Source: an uncultured bacterium (GTDB lineage Bacteria > Muiribacteriota > Ozemobacteria > Ozemobacterales > Ozemobacteraceae). From it: a stretch of DNA of 43,181 nucleotides. Below, in pieces: positions 35,932-43,181 of the stretch (the first letter of the stretch is position 1; each line of letters starts with the position of its first letter). Where the stretch lies: NCBI GenBank assembly GCA_964428355.1, contig CAYRYU010000004.1, positions 131,261-174,441 of the forward strand. The letters run 5' to 3'. Both the position numbers and the translations under genes were made by a program. A model generated the notes under the pieces. The model saw only the letters and a program-made list of their open reading frames with translations. It did no database searches and was not told the origin of the DNA.

Positions 35932-37302
35932 TCAGTTCTTGGGGAAATCCCCGGCCTGGGAGAGCCCCCGGTTGGTGACGAACTCAGAAATGTCCTTGAT
36001 GACCGGTTCCGCCACGTTACCGGGGATCCGGTATTCGTTGGGGTCGGAAGGCCCGTCCCCCTTGACGAAGAGGTGGTTAAGCTGGGGATAAACCACCACC
36101 CTGACGTCCCGGCGACCGCTCAGGGCGGTTTTCCAGTTGGCGAGGTCGGCCTCGGTGACCTGGTAATCACGACCACCATGGAGGATGAGGGTGGGTTTTC
36201 CAATCTCCTTCATCGCGGGAGCTGGTTCGTATCCCTTCAGGTCGAGCCAATAGCAGGGAAGGGCGCCCAGGATGCTCGGGTAGGAAGAGTTCCGGTCCTC
36301 GGGCTTGAGCGCTTTGATGCGCTGTGCTTCCATGGCCGCCGAGGCCACCATACCCGTCATTTCAGGAGTCGGTGAAGCCTGGAGGGAAATGACGTATTTC
36401 ATCTGCTCGATCATCATGTCCTCGAGGGGGCGTGTGGCTCCCGCCAAGATGATGAACCCGGAAATGCGAGGATCGATCCTGGCAATGCGGGGGATCAGCA
36501 TTCCGCCGAGGCTGTGGCCGAGGACCCAGATCCTGGCCGGGTCGATTCCCGGGGTCTTTGTCAGGAGGGTAACGGCATAAACGGCGTCGTTGACGGTTTC
36601 TTCCTTGACCGTGAAACCAACAGGTTGCGCCATTATCTGTGCCCTGTGGGTCAGGGTCCGTTTGTCGTATCTGAGGACGGCGATTCCCCGCGAGGAAAGC
36701 CCCCAGGCAAGGTCGCGAAAAGGCTTGCACTCTCCGACGGTCTCGTCACGATCGTTGGGGCCCGAACCGTGGACAAGGACCACGGCAGGAAAGGTCCCGC
36801 TTCCGACCGGCTTTGTCAGCAGGCCCGGAAGAGCCCAGGCGCCCGTTCCCACTTCCACGGGGATCTCCTGGAACCTTTCGGGGATGGCGTAAGCCGGAGG
36901 CCTGCTGAGAGTCCCGGCTTTTGAGGGAGTGAAGAACAGGCCCGCTATCTTTCCTGCCTTGTCGAAGACCACCTTCGCGGAAATCTCGCCGTTCTCGAAG
37001 CGGCAGTCAACGAAAACGGCCTGGTACTCTCCGATTTTCTGGATACTGGCGAACTGCTTTCCCTTGAACTTTCCCTTCTGCGCAAGGACGGTCTGCCATG
37101 CCTGGCGAAAGCTCTCGGCGGTGAAAGCTTTCTTCATGGCTTCGTCGAAATGCGCGACGGCCCAGTTGTAGTCGTTGAGGGCGAGAGCCTCCACCATCCT
37201 TTCGGCGAGAATGGTGGGGGCCTCCGCCCAAACCTGGCTGCTTGCGGAAAACACGAGAGGGATGGCAAGGAGTGCCAGAAGGAATGCTGGGGTTCGTTTC
37301 AT
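35932..37302 (-). CDS. secreted alpha/beta-hydrolase fold protein
   Basis: signal peptide MKRTPAFLLALLAIPLVFSASSQVWA, nucleophile elbow GHSLGG, GGAGG RBS. Confidence 0.75.
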   Translation of the reverse strand: MKRTPAFLLALLAIPLVFSASSQVWAEAPTILAERMVEALALNDYNWAVAHFDEAMKKAFTAESFRQAWQTVLAQKGKFKGKQFASIQKIGEYQAVFVDCRFENGEISAKVVFDKAGKIAGLFFTPSKAGTLSRPPAYAIPERFQEIPVEVGTGAWALPGLLTKPVGSGTFPAVVLVHGSGPNDRDETVGECKPFRDLAWGLSSRGIAVLRYDKRTLTHRAQIMAQPVGFTVKEETVNDAVYAVTLLTKTPGIDPARIWVLGHSLGGMLIPRIARIDPRISGFIILAGATRPLEDMMIEQMKYVISLQASPTPEMTGMVASAAMEAQRIKALKPEDRNSSYPSILGALPCYWLDLKGYEPAPAMKEIGKPTLILHGGRDYQVTEADLANWKTALSGRRDVRVVVYPQLNHLFVKGDGPSDPNEYRIPGNVAEPVIKDISEFVTNRGLSQAGDFPKN

Positions 37303-37318
37303 CGGGGATTTCCTCCGG

Positions 37319-38215
37319 TCAATGTGTTCCGGAAGCGGTTATGCCCGCTCCGGAGAGGAAGGATAGGAACTCGGATTCAAAGGGGCAGGGCGGGGGTTTA
37401 TGGGCGGCGACGTGTCCGGAGTCGGGGAAGATCAGCGTTTTGGCGTGAGGGACGGCGGCGGCGAGACGGTCGTGATCCTCCCGGGTGGCTCTGGGATCCT
37501 TCCCGTCGTGGATCAGCATCACGGGTCGGCTCCCGACCCCCGTGATCGCCTCCACCGGGCGGTTGGATGAATACGGGACTCCGGTCCTCCATTCGGAATA
37601 ACAAAAAGCCAGGTCGATCAAGGGGTTGTCCGGAATCCCGGTCATGCGTTGGAAATCGCGGCTTGCGATCTTCCTCAACTCGGCGAAACTAGATTCGAGG
37701 ACGAAAGCCCTGATCTGCGGGAGCCTTGCCGAGCCGTTGATAAGGGTGGCGGCCCCCATCGACCTGCCGTAGGCTGCAAGGGGCATGGAGGCGGGCACGT
37801 ATCCCAGCTCTCCCGCCTTTTTAAGGATGGCGTCCACGTCTTCCCATTCCCGGAGGCCGATACTGGTATAGAACCCGTCGCTTCGGCCGTGAGCGCGGAA
37901 ATCAAGCGACAGGCATGAGAATCCCGCGGTTCGAAGGAAGGGGATCATGTCGTTGACGTTGTTGTGGTCGACCGAGTGGCCGTGGCACAGAAGAATCGCG
38001 GCGCTGCCGGGTTCCCCCGGATACCACCAGCCGTAGAGGGTTTCCCCCTTGGGGTTTGTGGTGGAGAACTCGCTGGCTCCGGGAGTTGGGGGCTGGCGAG
38101 GTACCTGGAAATCGGGACGGAGGATGACCATGTCGGACATCACGTGGACCAGGATTCCGATGCCGATCGATCCAAGGATGGCGAGCACCAGAAGGATTTT
38201 GAAGGCTTTTTTCAC
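37319..38215 (-). CDS. membrane-anchored alpha/beta-hydrolase fold protein
   Basis: GTG start with AGGGAGG 7 nt upstream; N-terminal TM, GRSMGA nucleophile elbow, HG oxyanion LLCHGH. Confidence 0.7.
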   Translation of the reverse strand: MKKAFKILLVLAILGSIGIGILVHVMSDMVILRPDFQVPRQPPTPGASEFSTTNPKGETLYGWWYPGEPGSAAILLCHGHSVDHNNVNDMIPFLRTAGFSCLSLDFRAHGRSDGFYTSIGLREWEDVDAILKKAGELGYVPASMPLAAYGRSMGAATLINGSARLPQIRAFVLESSFAELRKIASRDFQRMTGIPDNPLIDLAFCYSEWRTGVPYSSNRPVEAITGVGSRPVMLIHDGKDPRATREDHDRLAAAVPHAKTLIFPDSGHVAAHKPPPCPFESEFLSFLSGAGITASGTH

Positions 38216-38276
38216 GGGTCACCTCCCTAAGGATTCTGGCGGTGATCAAATATACCATCTCCGGGGCGGGGACGCT

Positions 38277-39914
38277 TCAGAAGCATGGCACGAAGAACCC
38301 GGAGCGGCGAAGGGATTCGAACGACCAGCCGATCGAGGTTTTTGTCAGCTGCGAAAGCAGCAATCCGATGGCTTTTCCGGTTTTCTCGGGGTTCCCGGGA
38401 AAGGTGTTGCAGAGGCGGATGAGATGCGAAACTGCGGCTGCGGGGTTTCCCTCGTCGATCAACGCCCGGGCCAGGTTGAGATGGGCGTCGAACATGTGGG
38501 GGCGGATCCGGACCGCCTCCTGGAAATGGACGATCGCTTCGACTCTTCTTCCCATCGCCAGAAGGAGAATTGCGAGATTGTTCCGGACGTCGGGAAAATC
38601 CGGCAGGAGCCGCAACGCTTCACCATAATGGAAGATTGCGCCATTCCAGTCTTTCCGGCCCTGGCAGATCTCGCCCATCAGCGCGTGCGCCATCTCGGAG
38701 CGGGGGTTGGAGATCAGCCACCGGGCCACGAAAGTCTCGTTGTCGCGGAAGAAAAATCCCCGATTGAAGCTGATCCCGCCAAGGGCGATGACGAGCACGA
38801 CTGCAAACGGAAGAAGCCGCTTCCGCTGCCCCGGTTGGGGGAACCAGGCGCAAAGGAGCGTTCCGGCCATCCCCAGGATCCCGATCAGGAAGACCAGGGC
38901 ATGCCGCTCGTCGAAAGGCGTCTGCTGCTGAAAGACATTGGCGGTTGGAAGAAAACCGAAAACCACCCAACCCAGCCAGAACCAGGTCTGCGGGGAAACC
39001 TGGTTCCTTTTCAGAAGCCAGGCCGCCTCCAGCAGCGAAAGCCCCAGGATGGAAGCCGCGATCCGGGGGATCGTCCACCAGACGGCTGTCGTCGGTTCGT
39101 AAACCAGCGACAGGAAAGGTGCGAACACCGCCGAGACCGCGAACAGAAAGGAGTCTGCCACCCAGCCGAGAACCTGGGGAAATCCGACGAAGACCGCTTT
39201 CAGGCCGATCACGCGTTGCCGGAGGAGGATATACGAAACGCACCAGAAGACGAGTACTACCCATTTCCACGGGTGAGGGCCGAAGCCGTCGCTCTCCTTC
39301 CGGATTTTGCGGCGGACCGCCTCCGCGATCCCGAGGATCACGATACCCGTCAGCCCGTTCTCCCTCGAGAATACCGCCGCACCGAATGCGGCGAGTGCCC
39401 CGAGAAGGCGGATCGGATCTTCCGAGAAAAAACCGTGGAGGGAGGCGAGCAGGAAAATCGCTGCCAGTATCGCCTCACGTCCCGTGATCAGGTAGACGCA
39501 GGACGACGAGATCGGGTGGATTGCAAGAAGGAGAGCCAGGCCCGCCGAAACGGTGGGGTGGACGCCGAATGCGTCCGATTTCAGGACGAAATGGAACTGG
39601 AGCCCCAGAAGGACCATCAAGAGCACGTTTCCAAGATGAAACCAGCCGGGTTCGTCTCCGGTCAGCGACTTCTGGACCAGGATCGTCAACCGGGAAAGCG
39701 GCCGATAGTACAGTTCGTTCGACATGTGCGGTTGGAGGAAGACATCAAGGAACCCGGCCGCGGTTCTTATGAACGGTTGGTTCAGCACATGGTGGTGATC
39801 ATCGTAGACGAACCCGAACCGCGTGGAAGGAAGATAGAAAACCAGAATTGCCAGCGCCAGGGTGATGACGCGGATTAGATCCCGCCGGTTCTCGGATTTG
39901 GGGTTGATCGACAT
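38277..39914 (-). CDS. polytopic membrane protein with C-terminal TPR repeats (PMT/TMTC-like glycosyltransferase-like architecture)
   Basis: about 10 TM helices in N-terminal 400 aa, then TPR-like LLLAMGRRVEAIVHFQEAVRIRPHMFDAHLNLARALIDEGN. Confidence 0.65.
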   Translation of the reverse strand: MSINPKSENRRDLIRVITLALAILVFYLPSTRFGFVYDDHHHVLNQPFIRTAAGFLDVFLQPHMSNELYYRPLSRLTILVQKSLTGDEPGWFHLGNVLLMVLLGLQFHFVLKSDAFGVHPTVSAGLALLLAIHPISSSCVYLITGREAILAAIFLLASLHGFFSEDPIRLLGALAAFGAAVFSRENGLTGIVILGIAEAVRRKIRKESDGFGPHPWKWVVLVFWCVSYILLRQRVIGLKAVFVGFPQVLGWVADSFLFAVSAVFAPFLSLVYEPTTAVWWTIPRIAASILGLSLLEAAWLLKRNQVSPQTWFWLGWVVFGFLPTANVFQQQTPFDERHALVFLIGILGMAGTLLCAWFPQPGQRKRLLPFAVVLVIALGGISFNRGFFFRDNETFVARWLISNPRSEMAHALMGEICQGRKDWNGAIFHYGEALRLLPDFPDVRNNLAILLLAMGRRVEAIVHFQEAVRIRPHMFDAHLNLARALIDEGNPAAAVSHLIRLCNTFPGNPEKTGKAIGLLLSQLTKTSIGWSFESLRRSGFFVPCF

Positions 39915-39960
39915 CTCTTGTCAGCATGATACGACAGGATCTGACGGAATGGAACGCGGC

Positions 39961-42345
39961 TCAATTCGACGATCCGTTTTCGACGGGTTGAAATGGAACC
40001 GAATTGTCGGTCACGAAGGTCTGGTTGTAGCGTATGGCCGAGTCCTCCCTGAGGAACACCTCCCACTGCCCGTCGGTCATCGGCCGCTCCCCCGAGAATG
40101 AAGTCAGTATCTGGAGGGGCTCAGAACCGATTGTGAGGTTGGCCGGGAAGTGCATTCCCAGCGGGGAAACCCATTCCGCCTTGAGGTTGGGAGCGGGAGG
40201 CGATCCGAACCTGATGGCGGCGAACACCCTCTGCCGCGAATGGAATCTGGTGCGGGGCAGGAAGTTTCCGTCGCGATCGATCGTTCCCATGAAAACTGTA
40301 TCGGCGGGCCAGGACGCGGTCTCTACCGGCCAGATCACCTTCGAGAAGTCGAGAACCGGGTCGAGGTAGTCGCGCAGGTCGCGGCTCGAACATGCGAACC
40401 ACGATCTGCAGGCCGTATCGTATTTAATCGCGACCTCAGGCATCGAGGGGGCAAGGTTGGTTCTCTCCAGCGGGTCCGCCTCGAGGTCATAGATTTCGGG
40501 GTCTTTTGGAAGGTGCATGTTGTTGATGAACTTGTACTTTCCATCCCGGCACCCCCATTTTGCGGGAAAGGCCATCTTGTAGAAAAAATCCATCCGGGGT
40601 TCGTCGATGAAGGAAACCATGTTCCGCCCCTTCCCCTCCGGGAGCGGGATGTTCGCAAGGGAGGCGAGCGTGGCGAGAAGGTCTCCGAGGCTTCCCGTGC
40701 GGGAACTCGAGACCGCCCCTTCCGTGAGGCAGGGCGAAGAAAACAGGAAGAAGGACCTCACGTTCTCGTCGAAGAGGTAGCTCTGGTGCAGGAAGCTCCC
40801 GGGATGCTTCTTCCCGAAAGCCTCACCGTGGTCTCCGATCAGAACGATGATCGAATTGTCATACCTGCCGTGTTTCTTGACCATGTTCAGGAAATCCCCG
40901 AGGCACCGGTCGACGAAATGGAGGGCATGGCGGTATTTGCTCTCGTCATCGGTCCCGGAATAGTTGCTGGAAAAACTGGCCGGAGCGCTGTAGGGGTGAT
41001 GGGTCGCGTTCGGGAGGAATTCCAGCAGTATGGGTGCGGTGGAGTTGTCTTCCGCCGCCAGCCATTCCCCGATCTTCTCGAGGGTGCCTTCTTCCGATCC
41101 TCCCCAGGAGTTCAACGGAAACCTTCCCTGGAAGACCTTGTCCGCGATCCCGAAGTGGAAGAACATGTCGAAATCGAGGTTTTTCAGGAGCATGTCCAGG
41201 TTGCCGAAGTTGAGGTCTGACGACCCGAACAGGCCGGTGTGATAGCCGTTCTTGCGGAACTCGCTCAGGAGGTTGGGGGCGGGGACTCCCGAGGCGTTCC
41301 GGGAAAAGATGAATGCGTCCAGGAACGGGTCTCCCCCGGAAACTATGGATATGTGCGCCCTGGCGGTCGCGGGAAAAGATGTATAGACCGAATCGAAAAG
41401 GATCCCGGACTGGTACAGACCGTAGATGTTTGGTGTCAACCTCGGATCGGGTTTCCCCCCATCGAAAAGCTGCGTTGAGCCGACCGACTCCATCACGAAG
41501 ATGAAGATGTTCGGGGAGCGGCATGAAGTGCGGATCTTCTCGCAGGCCCTGTGGAGTTTTTCGCGTTCATCGACGGGTTCCTCGGGGCGGGGGGAAACCG
41601 GCTTCCGGAAATCCCGGATCAGCTCTCCGGTCGAAGGAACTTGCGTTCCGCTAGAGCTCCATTCCTCGAAGAGCATCGGAACAGGATGCCGGTCGAGTTG
41701 GAAATCCCGGCTCGATCGCGGGATTCCAAGGCTGAAGCCCACGAGGGCAAGAATCAAGAGCGAGCTCCCGATGGACCATGAAACCCCCAGCGGGCGGTCG
41801 GGGTCGGGAATGCCCGAGCCCGGTTTCCCGGACATGTGGAAAAGAGAGAAGAAAACCAGGTGCAGAAGCGTGAACAACACGAGGTTCGCTATCCAGAGTG
41901 TGTCGAGGCCGAGCTTCAGGGAGTCCCAAAGGAGGGACAACCTGAACGGGCCTTCCTCGGAAAAGCTCATGCGGAGGTTGTTTCCGGTCAGGTGAAAGGA
42001 GATCTGGTTGAGGAGCAGGATCCCGTTGAGGAAGAGGAAAGCCCCGCCCGAAAACAGCCGGCCGGTCCGATGAAGGAGGCGGGGGAGGAACAGGAACCCC
42101 GCCGCAAGGCTCATCAGCAGGTTTTCGAACTGGATGAAGGGCAACCTCGTCGCCACCCAGGCAAGAAAGGAGGGAGATGGAACCTGCGGCCGGACGTAGA
42201 AGAAGAAGTTCTGGACCTGGAACCACATCGCCCAGAGCTGGTGGAAGGCGAAGAACAGGAAGAAGCCGAGGGGGATCCCCCATGGGGCTTTTCCAGTAGT
42301 GCCTCCCGAAGGAGGTTTTTCCGTGGAACCTTTCCGGGTGTTCAT
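39961..42345 (-). CDS. membrane-anchored sulfatase/alkaline-phosphatase superfamily protein (LtaS / phosphoglycerol- or phosphoethanolamine-transferase-like)
   Basis: N-terminal 5 TM helices, then sulfatase-domain motifs IFIFVMESVG and IVLIGDHGEAFG. Confidence 0.8.
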   Translation of the reverse strand: MNTRKGSTEKPPSGGTTGKAPWGIPLGFFLFFAFHQLWAMWFQVQNFFFYVRPQVPSPSFLAWVATRLPFIQFENLLMSLAAGFLFLPRLLHRTGRLFSGGAFLFLNGILLLNQISFHLTGNNLRMSFSEEGPFRLSLLWDSLKLGLDTLWIANLVLFTLLHLVFFSLFHMSGKPGSGIPDPDRPLGVSWSIGSSLLILALVGFSLGIPRSSRDFQLDRHPVPMLFEEWSSSGTQVPSTGELIRDFRKPVSPRPEEPVDEREKLHRACEKIRTSCRSPNIFIFVMESVGSTQLFDGGKPDPRLTPNIYGLYQSGILFDSVYTSFPATARAHISIVSGGDPFLDAFIFSRNASGVPAPNLLSEFRKNGYHTGLFGSSDLNFGNLDMLLKNLDFDMFFHFGIADKVFQGRFPLNSWGGSEEGTLEKIGEWLAAEDNSTAPILLEFLPNATHHPYSAPASFSSNYSGTDDESKYRHALHFVDRCLGDFLNMVKKHGRYDNSIIVLIGDHGEAFGKKHPGSFLHQSYLFDENVRSFFLFSSPCLTEGAVSSSRTGSLGDLLATLASLANIPLPEGKGRNMVSFIDEPRMDFFYKMAFPAKWGCRDGKYKFINNMHLPKDPEIYDLEADPLERTNLAPSMPEVAIKYDTACRSWFACSSRDLRDYLDPVLDFSKVIWPVETASWPADTVFMGTIDRDGNFLPRTRFHSRQRVFAAIRFGSPPAPNLKAEWVSPLGMHFPANLTIGSEPLQILTSFSGERPMTDGQWEVFLREDSAIRYNQTFVTDNSVPFQPVENGSSN

Positions 42346-42453
42346 GGCGTGGCTGTCCGGATTCGCTTCCCGAGGTCCTTCCTCTCGTGGGGCAACGGGA
42401 CATTCGTTCGCAGGTCCATCACTCGAGACAGTCCAGAACGCGGGGAAAACCCG

Positions 42454-43068
42454 CTAGCTTCCGGATGTAACTCCTCCAGAGCCGCTCGAACTGCTCCCCA
42501 CGGAACCACCCGAAGCGGAAGAGCCGCTTCCGCCGGTTCCTCCGGAACCTCCCGATGACTTGTTGCCGGAGGATGAGCAGTTGACGTGGAGGCCTCCGGG
42601 GATCATGATCCTGAAGGGACGGAGCTGGTTGGCGACCCATGCCCAACCAACGGCGTTGACCTTCTGTGTGTTGAGGGCACCCGAAAAATGGAAGGAACCC
42701 TTTCCCGGGAGAAGCCCTTCCTGGTCGGTTTCCGGAGCCATCTGGATTTCCTTGATGGATCGCATCAGCTCGGCGGACGTTGTCCGGGGCCCGGCATTCT
42801 CGGGGGAAGTCAGGAGGAAAAGCTTCTGCTGGGGGATCGCAAGTGGTTTTGGCGAGTTCTCGGGGCCCGTGAAGAACCAGAGATGGAGCATCCGGTCTTT
42901 GATCTTGGCTTCGACCAAGCCGATTCCGCACTCTTGGACCGCGCAGAAGAACCCTCCATGGGGGCCATCCGTTTGGGAGACCGGGGTTGTCCCCGCGAAG
43001 GCCATTCCCGCGGAAACGACGACCAGGGAAAGAAACAAGAGCCCGGCACGACCGGCACGAGAATTCAT
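42454..43068 (-). CDS. secreted hypothetical protein with Gly/Ser-rich C-terminal tail
   Basis: signal peptide MNSRAGRAGLLFLSLVVVSAGMAFAG; C-term SSGGSGGTGGSGSSASGGSVGSSSSGSGG. Confidence 0.6.
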   Translation of the reverse strand: MNSRAGRAGLLFLSLVVVSAGMAFAGTTPVSQTDGPHGGFFCAVQECGIGLVEAKIKDRMLHLWFFTGPENSPKPLAIPQQKLFLLTSPENAGPRTTSAELMRSIKEIQMAPETDQEGLLPGKGSFHFSGALNTQKVNAVGWAWVANQLRPFRIMIPGGLHVNCSSSGNKSSGGSGGTGGSGSSASGGSVGSSSSGSGGVTSGS

Positions 43069-43122
43069 GGTCTCAACCTCCTTCGGATTCCACAATCTAC
43101 CAGGAAACTTCCGAATCGGAAA

Positions 43123-43181
43123 GTGATTTCCGGGGGCCGTGGTGCCGTGGTGCCGTGGGCCCGTGGGGGGCCGTGGGGGGC
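43123..43181. repeat. imperfect short tandem repeat (GCCGTGGK)n running off window end
   Basis: GGTGCCGTGGTGCCGTGGGCCCGTGGGGGGCCGTGGGGGGC. Confidence 0.6.

Noticed and set aside
43123-43181. CRISPR array
   Set aside because: Repeat units are only about 8 bp with no spacers and no cas genes anywhere in the window. It is a microsatellite-like tract.

Overview
This is a GC-rich (about 60%) bacterial chromosomal window with about 35 protein-coding genes. Ribosome-binding sites are AGGAGG-type, and most genes encode secreted, membrane or TPR proteins. I found no rRNA, tRNA, CRISPR array, transposase or integrase. The main features are listed below.

- **Cyclase–PLD operon (14045 to 4250, minus strand):** a TPR protein, two paralogous multi-TM HAMP class-III adenylate/guanylate cyclases and a secreted two-HKD phospholipase D. 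The genes overlap and the operon ends at a clear intrinsic terminator.
- **Giant secreted protein (1..3834, minus):** at least 1278 aa, running off the window edge, immediately downstream of the PLD with its own upstream region.
- **comM/yifB**, followed by a 95-bp palindromic repeat array and a sigma70-like promoter.
- **cNMP-binding / ParA-MinD-like ATPase fusion (17602..19047):** an unusual domain fusion driven by that promoter.
- **Housekeeping genes:** an Ste24-like M48 protease, murC, mazG-aroK and an M23 peptidase.
- **AT-rich island (28741..29210):** a perfect sigma54 -24/-12 promoter, four upstream palindromes and a 36-aa ORF or sRNA candidate.
- **Sensor pair (30553..34405):** a secreted protein co-transcribed with a multi-TM HAMP-PP2C (SpoIIE-type) phosphatase.
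- **Envelope-modification cluster (43068 to 34415, minus):** an LtaS/sulfatase-like protein, a TPR membrane protein, two alpha/beta hydrolases, a methyltransferase and an SDR.

The most system-like candidate is the cyclase operon taken together with the cNMP-binding ATPase, as a possible dual-sensor cyclic-nucleotide module with a phospholipase output. This is inference only.
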